Positions 39,176 through 50,800 of a stretch of 64,000 nt of DNA are shown here, piece after piece. Position 1 is the stretch's first letter. Every line of letters begins with the position of its first letter. The stretch comes from Macrostomum hystrix (Eukaryota > Animalia > Platyhelminthes). The notes below the pieces were generated by a model. The model did no database searches. It was not told where the DNA came from and saw only the letters and a list, made by a program, of their open reading frames with translations. The stretch is from the NCBI GenBank assembly GCA_950097015.1, contig CATNEN010000003.1, forward strand, positions 1,116,001 to 1,180,000, read 5' to 3'. A program made the position numbers and the translations under genes.

Positions 39176-39676
39176 GGAATTTCAGTTCGAGAGTTAAGCA
39201 AAACTCAATTACTTGTTTGTTATTTGTTACCTGACAATTATGTTTTTCATTTCTTTTGTTATCTAGTAAAGAGTTTCATATTTTTAGAGTTTTTAGTTTT
39301 TTCATAAGCTGCTGCGTCCTTCTACTGTACTGCGTGTGCTTTGTTTCTGACGAATGTTGACTAGGAAGCATAGTTCCTTATTATTAGCATAAAAGCCTCG
39401 TGACTCTGTTGACATAAAGCTTGTTATTCATTTTCCAGTGTACTTGTACTCGTAAGTGTACGTGCAGGCCTTGCGCAGCGGAAATCTACCCTGGATAGAA
39501 ATGTACAGTGAATAAAAAATGTCGCGTGCCTGGTATGTATTGCCCATGGAAAGGGAACTTCAGTTTAGAGCTGTCAGCTAGCTGACCCAGATGACCCAGT
39601 TCCGTACTTTACTCGCTTAAAAATCGATTACTAAAATCGAACCAAACTTTAGCAAAACGAAATTGACATTAGGCAG

Positions 39677-40088
39677 TAGAGATGCTAATACCGGGATCCC
39701 GGTTTCAAAAAATACCGGTTTTGGGCCATTTTTTGGTACTACCAATACCGGTATTAGGGTCCGGTATTGCTCCGGTATTGGTCTAAAATTATTATAATTC
39801 ATGCATACAGTATTATAGGCCTAATGTATAATTATTGTCATTGATGAATATGAATGTTCAGCTCATATTGGTACTCAGAATAGTACTCGTACGTAGCATA
39901 GAAATAGCATCTAATACTCATATGTAAGTATAGTTATTAGTCATGCAGAATGTTGCCTGTAGGTAGAGATGCTAATACGGGGATCCCGGTTTCGAAAAAT
40001 ACCGGTTTGGGCCATTTTTCGGTATTATTCGGTATTTCGGTATTGGCGAATCCTGGTTTTGGGCTATTCCGGTATTTTAGCATCCCTA
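39677..40088. mobile_element. hAT-type MITE
   Basis: TIR TAGAGATGCTAA ... TTAGCATCCCTA, 8-bp TSD TTAGGCAG/TAAGGCAG (1 mismatch), internal duplication of the left end at 39964. Confidence 0.7.
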
Positions 40089-40499
40089 TAAGGCAGTTTT
40101 ATTCTTAAGATATTCCTCAATTTATCAGCCAAAACCTGTGCTTCAAGCGGTAAAAAATGCAATATTTTCAATTATATTTATCGAAAACAAAAAAGGATCG
40201 CGTAAAAGCTCGATGTACATACCAGACCATTCATCTTGGCTCATTGTACAGAGGTACTGATGCACAGTGGAACTTATGATGTCTGTGAGGTTAGGCACCA
40301 TGAAAACCAAGTCCTGTGTGACGGCTTGCGATACACAGAAACGATTTCTGCTTAGCATCAGCTAGACTTAGCTGGAAATATAAGATTCGTTCCTATGCCC
40401 ATTGGCTCTGATCGCCAGATCGTATTAAACGACCAATATTTTCTATTTCTGGACGCATTGCATTTTGTCAGTATTTTAGCTTCATTACTCACTACTAGC

Positions 40500-41792
40500 T
40501 AGGGATGCCAACCGGTTTTAAAACCGGTTTAAAAAAACCGGTTTTTAGCAGGAAAACCGGTTCTAAAAAACCGTTTTTTTTGTCCGGTTTTTTGACGGTT
40601 TTTAATGGGTTTTTTATTTTAACTATGTCTCACAGAGTCACAATTTTTGCACTTTGGAGAAAAAATAACTGGCAACAAAAGTCCTCAACTGCAACTGCAA
40701 TTATGCTCAACTCTGGAGAGTCGCATTGGCCGTGAACTGGAGTTCCTTCGCATTGCGCATCAGCGGGGAACACTGCTGACACAGCTTTTTGATAAGCTTC
40801 TACTAATTCCGCCAACAAGTGTTGAAGCCGAGCGGTCATTTTCTGCTAGTGGCCTTTTTCTATCAAAGGTCAGGTCCCGCGGTTGTCAGACAGGACACTG
40901 TCCCGGCTGATTATGCTTCGTCACTATTTTTTGAAGTGATTTTTCTGAATTTAGTAAAGAGTAAAGACTATATTTATGCAGTGTTGGGCATTGTTAGATT
41001 TTTTTAACTTCGTTAAGTTAATAAGCGTTAACAAAAATCTTTAACTTTAACTTCAACTTTAGTTAACTTTAAAAAAATTAAATTTAACTTCGTTAATAAA
41101 AGTTAAAAGTTAAATTTACTCAAATTTTGTCCTGAATATATTTAGCTGTCAAATGCAGCAATATTAAGCTGCACCATAGTACCCGTATTTTCCATTTGCC
41201 CTTTCATACTGGTTCTGATTCCTGAATTGGAATAACTCTGCTTCTGGAACTTATCGTGAACTTTCTCGTGAAAAGGCTCATAGTCATTGACTCGTTATGT
41301 AAAAAATTAACCCGGAAGCAAAAAAAGCTTCCTATATTTGTAAATGTCTCATAAATATGTAAACGGACCAAGCCAATTGTTAAATTGAAAAAAGGTACCG
41401 AAAATTCGTTAAAAAGTTAACCCGAAAAAAAATTAACTTAGGTCCATTAACTTTTAAGAAAAAACTTAAACGCTTATTAACGCTTATTAACTTTTTAACG
41501 CTTTTTAACGGACCATTATTTAGACCGAATTAGAATTCACTAATTCTGTTACGCCCAAATTTTGGCAGCCATTATTGTACAATTTTATTTGTCATTAATA
41601 AATAAGTGAAATCGAAGTTTATTTTCTGTTAAAATTAGTAATATCTGTGTATCTATCTATCTTCTATGCGTATTTAGTGCTTTTTTAAAAGCTTGGCACA
41701 CAAACCGGTTTTTAAAAACCGGTTTTCTTATAAAAGGCGGTTTTCAAACCGGTTAACCGGTTTTCAAAAAGGGCCGGTTTTTGGCATCTCTA
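40500..41792 (+). mobile_element. Non-autonomous hAT transposon with transposase dimerization-domain remnant
   Basis: TIR TAGGGATGCCAA ... TTGGCATCTCTA and a perfect 8-bp TSD CTACTAGC (40492-40499, 41793-41800). AACCGGTT subterminal repeats. LLLIPPTSVEAERSFSASGLFLSKVRSR. An apparent nested element begins CAGTGTTGGGC at ~40979. Confidence 0.9.
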
Positions 41793-43527
41793 CTACTAGC
41801 TGTAGTAGAAGAACACGCATCGTGCGTATAAGACTTAGAAATCTGAAGGGAATTCAAGAGTTCGCTAGCAGAAAGCTAAAAGCTAAAAATAGCAACAGCA
41901 GAGAGGGCAAACAACCAAGGGGAGAGAGACTGGACAAAAACCCGCCCCGAAGTCACTTCATCATTTCAGCTCAGGCCGGGTCGGCATGGCAACAGCGGTG
42001 CTGACGTGGAACTGCCTGAGACCGGACCCGCAGCTGTACTGACGCGGCGCTGCCGGAATCAACCCGGCCTGTCCCTGCCTGCAGCTGCCGGCGTCGGCCC
42101 AGCCCAGCCCGCACTGGGAGCCGGCTGGGACCGGCCGGGAACGAGAGCTGGAGGAGGACGGAACCGTACAAGAAAACGGGATCGATAAAAGGCGAAGGAA
42201 TAACGAACAGTGGGAGAGAAGTTTCAGTGGAAGTGGGAACACATCCTAACTCAACTAAGGCGTTTTTAAGACTGTAACTCACCCTCCATGGGAAAGGGGT
42301 TGGCGTGCCTGCCAACCAACTAGTTTAACGTTAATAACTGTACTAGGCTGGAGGCTGCGACCTCACTCAACACAAATCCTCATTAGTACTGTTGCTACGG
42401 TAATGCCTACCCTCGGATTGAGGGGTTTTGAAGACAGAATATATATCGGAGCGGAGCGCGGGAAAAGGTCCGCCGCTCCAGTTAGTTAGAGATTCTGTTT
42501 GAGCTCTGTTAAGCTAAATCTATCAGAAAATACAGTGTGTTTGTGTTATATCTTGAGTAGAAGCTAAGGTAGCGATCCAGAGAGATCATCACAGCCAGCC
42601 GGTATACTGAGTGTCGATAGTCGTTAGGAGTTATAGACTTCAAGACATCTAGACTGCAATAAACCGCTAGACGAATTATATTTTGAAAGACACTAAAATC
42701 GAAGAGAGATTAGAAAGCTTGAAGCGCTATAGTGCGTTCATTTTGCAGGAACAATTAAAACCGAAGTGATCTTTTTGACGCATTGGCAGGAGTTTGCGAC
42801 TGCAAAGCCAATGATAAATCTTATGTATACATTCAAAGATCAAGTTTAAGAGTTTCGTGATTGTATGGCTAAATCGAAAATGGCCTAATTACTTTGCATT
42901 GCAGCTTATATAATTCAGATTACATCGCATTTCACCAATCCTAAAAATATGGACTGTCCATGGACAGCTGTTCTTTCCATTGACTCGGGCAGTCACATGT
43001 AATAAGCCCCCTGCCAATTGCCAATTTTCCTACTCGGTAAAATAAAACGATCGGGTACTCTGATAATAATTTGGTGACATCATTTGGTGACACTAGACCC
43101 GCAGCCAGCGAGGAGGCAATTCTGCCCATTTCGCTGACTTCTGAAATGGGCAGATGAGCACACACGCACACAGATACCGTACACAGGCACACGCTCACAC
43201 AAGTGTGTACGTATGCCCTGACTTTCTCATCGTCAGGCAGTGTACACTCTCACTGTGCCTCGGAGGTTGGTCCTCAATGGGAGTAAATTGCATGACAAGC
43301 CACCAAGCCTTCTCTCCGCGGCTGCGCCCCTAAATGATTGTGGCCTCGCCGCGGAATCGAGCTTATTCACCCACTATAACGTACTCTGGCTAAATATACA
43401 ACCTATATCCCTAAGGGCTTGAATTCTAACTCCATATACCTCTTGTTTAGAAGTCTGATTGGTAAAAATGAATAAAAACACTAGATTTGCTACATTTTAT
43501 ATTACTCTTATGCACAGACCATTCGTT

Positions 43528-43662
43528 CTGTGAATTGAGACATCTGTCTGGGCTAGCAATGTCCGGATGGCATTAGTTACGAGTCCGAGTTAGGTACTGT
43601 GAATTGAGACATCTGTCTGGGCTAGCAATGTCCGGATGGCATTAGTTACGAGTCCGAGTTAG
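43528..43662. repeat. Direct tandem duplication, 69-bp period x2
   Basis: CTGTGAATTGAGACATCTG...GAGTCCGAGTTAG at 43528 and 43597. Confidence 0.85.
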
Positions 43663-44214
43663 AACTCGCATATGGTCTCTCTGCCCATGTGCTTTAGACA
43701 CATGGAATTCCGCATTTACCATTTGAATAGCGTCTAAATTGGCCAAAGAAGTCAATTGTAGGCCTTAGCTCGTAGACTTAGCTATTACTCGTGTATGGGA
43801 GTATATGATATATGCACTACTTTCAGTAGGACTGTATCTAAATCTACCAGTACGAGCGTATCTCGTAAATTAGTGAGCGCGCGATGGAGTGGTCAAATAA
43901 GTCTTTTTCGCTTCTTTTCTAGCCGATTTTCTGCGAGCGAATAATTTCTTATACAGTCATCAGTTGAACTGGAATATGCGCAAAAGTAATATTATTATTA
44001 ATTTTATTGAAACTGTAGCAGAGAATCAATAATATTACACTGATGAAACGGGTTTAATACTAGTTTTCTTAAAAAAATGGTTGAGATTTTAGTTAGTGAA
44101 TTAAGCATCAATGGTCCAAGTCAGTAATCGAATGGCTAGAAAAAAAATAGTTAACCTTTTCATTGAATGATAGGACTTGTTTAAGCGGCTAAATCTATAT
44201 AATCTATTTTCAAC

Positions 44215-46459
44215 ATGCAACCCTCAGTCAGATGCCTCCGAGGGCATCCACCAAACCCAAAAATCTTTACAGACACAACAGTCAGCACCCAGGAAATTGA
44301 TAAGGTAGTGAAAAAACTAAAGAAGAAAAAGGCAGCAGGAGTTGACGGAATAACAAACGAGCACATCATTTATGGCCTCACAGTTATCAAGCCCGCTCTG
44401 CAGAAGCTGTTCAACTCAATCCTTAGGCTTGGATATACTCCTGAGCAATGGTCACTAGCATTGGTAAGCCCAATATACAAGAAGGGGTCTCGCAGTGATC
44501 CGAAAAACTACAGACCAATAAGCGTCCTGCCAGCCATCGCGAGACTGTTTGCATAAATTAATTTACGATAAATTAGAAGCACACATCAAAGCCCCGAACT
44601 TGCTATCGGCTAGTCAAATAGGAAACAGAAAAGGCTGCCGGACTTCCGATCACATTGCAACCCTATTGACATTATTTCATAAAAAGAAGAAAAAGAAAAG
44701 ACCTTTCCATTTGGTTTTCTTTGATTTAAAAAGCGCCTTTGACATGGTTCACCACCCAACCCTAGTCACACGATTAAAGCAGTTGGGCGTGAACCCAGCA
44801 ATAATAAGCACCATTGAGAGTATGTACTCAAGCGCGAAATTTCACCTCAAGGTGTCAGAAGGCACAGCTGCTGAGGCGTGTCGAATCACTAATGGCGTCA
44901 GGCAAGGATGCCCCTATCTCCACTGCTATTCTCCCTATACATCGACCCGCTAAGCACAATCCTAAAAAACTCCTTTCAAAGCCATACCTCCACATTGAAT
45001 GAAGAAGTAAACAACCTGCTTTATTGTGACGATTTAGTCATTTTTGGTGAAGACCTGACAGAATTACAAAAAGTAGCAGATTTTTGCAATACTCATAAAT
45101 TAGAAATAAACACTGAGAAGACAAAGCTTCTGAGCTGCAATCTCCACTCAAGGGCAACACATAGACTGCTTTTACATGGTCAACTGGTTGAACCCGTACA
45201 GCAGTGGAAATATCTTGGGTTTCACATGAATGTGAAGGGTACAATAGATACTCATGCTATAGAACTAGGTAAAAAAGTGGATATCCAATAATGCTTCTGA
45301 GAAAGTTGGCGGGATTTCAGAGAGTAAAACACAAACAGCTCATCCTGTTTAGCACAACTATGATTGAAAGCATAGTTCTCTATGCATCAGAGGCCTGGGG
45401 AGCCTTTGTCTCCTGGAAACTGGGTACTTGGGATCGGAACCTTATAGAGAGAATTAATTTTAGAATCTGCAAGTCGATTCTGCAAGTTAGTCCAAACACT
45501 GACAGCAATGGTGCTCGGTCCGAATTAGGAAGACTACCACTATTATATAGTATTCAAAAAAGAAGCCTTCAATACTGGTCCTCAGTTCGGAGCCGACCAG
45601 ACTCCATCATCGCGAAATTGGTGGCAGATACAGAATACAGCGATGTTGGCATTGGGGAAAAAATGAATAGTGAAGTAATGCGGAATTGTCAACAGACTAG
45701 AAAAACAAAGTCCATCAAAACGCACAGAGAGAACTTTGAGTCAGAGTTTCGAAGGCACTGGACTCAGAGGATGGGAAAATCAGCCAAGCTCAGCCACTTC
45801 TATTACACGTTTAAGAAAGATTTCTCCCGAGAAAAGTACCCAACAATAATCTCTAACCCAGAAAAAAGGCGCACAATGTCCCGATTTCGTCTAGGAAACC
45901 ACAAACTGGCCTGTGAGACATTGCGCACTGTAAGACCGAAAATCGCCTATGAAAACAGAACATGCCCAAAATGTAGAGTCGAGGTAGAGAACGAAACTCA
46001 TATTCTCTTTAGATGCGATTGGTCCGTTTATGTTCCAATTAGAAATAAATTCATAGAGAAAGTAGCAGGTACTGTTCGAAATTTCGAAAGCCGAACAGCT
46101 GATGACAAAATTGTGTATTTAATGACACAGGAAAGCACAGAATTAACAGAAAGTTTTGTGGACTTCATAGTAAGCATACTTAAAGCTAGATAAAAAGCCA
46201 CTGCCCTGAGGCCCATAGTTAAAATGCGAAAACACAATAGCTATTCTCCTTTCGGTCAGTTTTTATTTTCCCTTTAAATTTCAATATTTCATTTCTTGTT
46301 TTATTTCATTTCAAAAATGTGTTTTTTTTCAAATATTTTATTAACCTAAAATTCCGCATGCTACTGTTTTCCTATCGCCTTCTCTTTAAAAAATCGATTT
46401 GCTTAACCTCAAACATAAAATAAACAAAAAAATCAGCACCCAATCGGCGTGCGCACCTC

Positions 46460-46492
<33 letters not shown>
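44215..46492 (+). mobile_element. 5'-truncated non-LTR retrotransposon (LINE) ORF2, frameshifted, with (AAT)n tail
   Basis: AAGVDGI, NYRPISVL, FFDLKSAFD, GVRQG, LLYCDD, KYLG and C-terminal RLGNHKLACET...CPKC...ENETHILFRC. (AAT)n tail at ~46460-46492. Confidence 0.92.
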
Positions 46493-46493
<1 letters not shown>

Positions 46494-46518
46494 TAGCTAA
46501 AAATTTACACTTAGTTGA

Positions 46519-47468
46519 CAATGACTGGGCTGAGAGTTTAGCTCATAATCAACAATGACTGGGCTGAGAGTTTAGCTCATAATCAACAATGACTGGGCTG
46601 AGAGTTTAGCTCATAATCAGCAATGACTGGGCTGAGAGTTTAGCTCATAATCAACAATGACTGGGCTGAGAGTTTAGCTCATAATCAACAATGACTGGGC
46701 TGAGAGTTTAGCTCATAATCAGCAATGACTGGGTTGAGAGTTTAGCTCATAATCAACAATGACTGTGTTGAGAGTTTAGCTCATAATCAACAATGACTGG
46801 GCTGAGAGTTTAGCTCATAATCAACAATGACTGGGCTGAGAGTTTAGCTCATAATCAACAATGACTGGGTTGAAAGTTTAGTTTATAATCAACAATGACT
46901 GGGTTGAAAGTTTAGCTCATAATCAACAATGACTGGGTTAAGAGTTTAGCTCATAATGAACAATGACTGGGTTAAGAGTTTAGCTCATAATCAGCAATGA
47001 CTGGGCTGAGAGTTTAGCTCATAATCAACAATGACTGGGTTAAGAGTTTAGCTCATAATCAACAATGACTGGGCTGAGAGTTTAGCTCATAATCAACAAT
47101 GACTGGGTTGAAAGTTTAGTTTATAATCAACAATGACTGGGTTGAAAGTTTAGCTCATAATCAACAATGACTGGGTTAAGAGTTTAGCTCATAATGAACA
47201 ATGACTGGGTTAAGAGTTTAGCTCATAATCAACAATGACTGGGTTAAGAGTTTAGCTCATAATGAACAATGACTGGGTTAAGAGTTTAGCTCATAATCAG
47301 CAATGACTGGGCTGAGAGTTTAGCTCATAATCAACAATGACTGGGTTAAGAGTTTAGCTCATAATCAACAATGACTGGGTTAAGAGTTTAGCTCATAATC
47401 AACAATGACTGTGTTGAGAGTTTAGCTCATAATAAACAATGACTGGGCTGAGAGTTTAGCTCATAATC
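46519..47468. repeat. 34-bp minisatellite x~28
   Basis: Unit CAATGACTGGGCTGAGAGTTTAGCTCATAATCAA with a few recurring variants. Confidence 0.95.
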
Positions 47469-47827
47469 ATTATTTTTCTATCACTAGTTCGTGATTGTCA
47501 GCCCATCATGCCATCGTTCCTGTGATTCAGCCTTTAAAAAATCCCGCGAAGCATCAAAGAATCATGGAGCTACATTTTGTGAAATTGATTTACTCGGGCA
47601 GGCCGTCTCGCGGACGAAATTGAAGTTGCTTAGTTTGAAATAGAAGTTGAAAACCAACAGTAGCGCATTATTGAGATACGTGTTAGAAACGAACATGACG
47701 CGTTGTCAGTTGATGAACATAGAGTTCATAGGCAACTTCTCGATTAAGAAAGCATAACAGAACATGCTAAGCTGGTTAATTATCTCATCAAAATTTCAAT
47801 CGATTCCGCGCTACACATTGTGCACAG

Positions 47828-50800
47828 CTAATACCGGTACCGCCTAAAAGTGCACCCGTCGGATTCATAGTGTCCAGTCGCCTCAAGTAGCCAGGCTTGA
47901 TCATCGTCGCTGTCATCGGAACAGCTGGATGACGGCGGGCTGCCGTTCACGGATATTCTAACCACGGAGACGAAGTTCGCTGGCTTTGCCTGCAAACAAT
48001 TATTATTCAATACAGTGAATACGAATATTGTGATCGGAGTAACATAAATTTTAAAAGCCGAAGTTTTATTCGAAGATTCATGAAACTCAAGCTCGAATGG
48101 ATCAACGTTTTACAATCAAATAGGTGTGCACCCACCTGCCGTGTGTAAATGTGCGGGACAGTCACTACACACTGATCTGGAAGATGCTACTTGATGGGGG
48201 ATTTCCGATGAATCAAGTGAGTCGAAATGTGTACGACAAAGTGCTCAAAAACTGTCAGTTGAGACCATTTTTTAGATGCAATATACTTTTTGAGAAGTCT
48301 GACAGTTCCTAAGGTCAATGACGCCTCCAAATAGTCTAAAGATTCTGAAAAGCGGTTTGCGTCAGTAGCGTCCTTAGTACCTTAGAGGCTGCTGTAAGTT
48401 CTGTAACATGGCTCAAATATGGCTCAAAAGGGAGCTTTTGGTGGGGTCTCAGATGTTTTATGGTTTATGGCTGACAAAATTTCTCAAAATAGTCTGTAGC
48501 GTCTCTAGTGTCTCAAAAGATACTTGAAGTAACCTGGCTTGATATTTTCGACTTTTGATAAAAACTTTAATGCCAATGCTATCGGAATCCAAGGGTATCG
48601 AGAGACGCTTGAAACTATTTAATGCGCAAGTAGCGCTTCGGATTCCCCAGTATACTAACCACCCCACGAATGTACACTAGCCGATACCCTGAAAACCCCA
48701 CCGCGAATTTTAGCTGTAGCGTTTCGACGGAGCAGGGTTTTGAGACCATTCTGAGAATTGGTACGCCATTGTGCTTGAGATTTCGTACTCAAAAGCTGCC
48801 GTAGCGGCTTGATCAAAACTCCTGACACTTCAGAAGCAACAGCACCTTTTGAGCCGCACTTACTGCTGGTTGGGTTCATCAGGCTTGTCACTCCAGGTTC
48901 TATAGTCAGAACTGCATGATTCACGATAAACACGCGAAATTGCATGTGATATAAACAAGGATGAATTATAACAACGAAATTTGCATTGCCTGGACCACTA
49001 CAGCTTGCAAGTTTATCCGCTAGTTGATAAGTTTATGCCTCGGACAGGCAGTGTAAAAGCATTTCGCGCACTGCTGCTGTTGCAAAGCATCACAAAATTA
49101 TAATCTGCATGCCTCTCACCTGCGCCACGTGCTGATTATCGCGCTGATTGCTGTCGCTGATGGAGACAGGCACGTAGTGCAACTCCGTGCTGCAGGTAGT
49201 TTCCGCCGCAGCCATCAGCTGCGTGGAGCTCTTCCGGTCACGCGACCTGACATGAGTGCTAGCTGTGCCAGCTGCCCCGCGCCTCACCACCGGAAGTATG
49301 CAGACCCAGATGCTGCAGCCGATGGCTGCCAGAGCTGCCAGAACGATGCCAATTGATAGCAGCACATATATTGTTGGCAGTCCATTTCCTGTTGAATCGG
49401 CTGGTGTTGGAAGTTTAGCACGCTAGAATGCACTTTTGTGATTTCAGATTAAATATTTCTAATAAAGCTATTTTGAATTTAAGTGTTGCAGCCTGTGGTA
49501 CTCGTAATTTGCGGGTCAGAACGGTCTTTTGGCTGGTGCACCCGACAGGATTAGTTTTTTAACCGACATAGTAAATTCGCACATGTTAAATATATCGAAT
49601 GGGAATACCAAATTTCAAGCAGAAACCTGATAAAAAATTAGCGGTCTTAAACTATTTAAAATGATAAACTGTTTCAGAGTTCGAAAAGGCTGGACGAGAT
49701 TAGACTTACCCCGCTCGCCAACCGCCTTCACCCGGGGCCCTGGGTTGCACTCAGTTTGGTAAAACACCTGCTCTTCAGAGAATGTCTGGCGCACAGAGCA
49801 GCAGACGGGGCAGATTGAGCAGTTGCTGGAATCCAGTTGCAGCATTCCATGCCAGATGCCGCTTCCTTTGTCTTCCATGTCTGCGATGCGTCCTGCCGCG
49901 GAGCAGTTCACAACAGACACTGGCAAGCGCGAGGGACCTCGCACCAATGCTCTGATGATGAGCTGGCGATTGCTGAATTCCCCTGACAAGCTGGCTATGC
50001 TGGCCTTGTCCCCGTTACCTTGACGAAAACAGGCAGTGACAGTTAAACGTTAAACAGGCAGTGCACCAATTGCAGTCACATGCAACTCATGCTCAATTGC
50101 AGTCACATGCAACTCATGCTCAATTGCAGTCACATTCAACTCATGCTCAATTGCAGTCACATGCAACTCATGCTCAATTGTAGTCATATGCAACTCATGC
50201 TCAATTGCAGTCACATGCAACTCATGCTCAATTGCAGTCTCATGCAACTCATGCTCAATTGCAGTCACATGCAACTCATGCTCAATTGCAGTCACATGCA
50301 ACTCATGCTCAATTGCAGTCACATTCAACTCATGCTCAATTGCAGTCACATGCAACTCATGCTCAATTGCAGTCACATTCAACTCATGCTCAATTGCAGT
50401 CACATGCAACTCATGCTCAATTGCAGTCACATTCAACTCATGCTCAATTGCAGTCACATTCAACTCATGCTCAATTGCAGTCACATGCAACTCATGCTCA
50501 ATTGTAGTCATATGCAACTCATGCTCAATTGCAGTCTCATGCAGCTCATGCTCAATTGCAGTCACATGCAACTCATGCTCAATTGCAGTCACATGCAGCT
50601 CATGCTCAATCGTTTGGCAAATGCTACGTGCTCAATGTTTTTCCTCGGAATTTGACATCAGAAAAAAATTATAAAAACCATCTTGTCACTTTAACTAGAA
50701 GCTTCGAAATGAGCTGCAGGGAGCAGAGCTCGCCGGCTCACCGAACACGGCTGGACTCGCTCTGGAATCGCTCTCAGAGTCCGGGTAGACAACTCCGGAC

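Noticed and set aside
41801-42500. GC-rich segment that might be a solo LTR or element UTR
   Set aside because: No second copy, TSD or convincing PBS/PPT is identifiable in the window.
50050-50655. TAIEHELHV / MQLMLNCSH repeat proteins
   Set aside because: The 27-bp repeat is open on both strands and lies between the donor and acceptor of a B2 intron.
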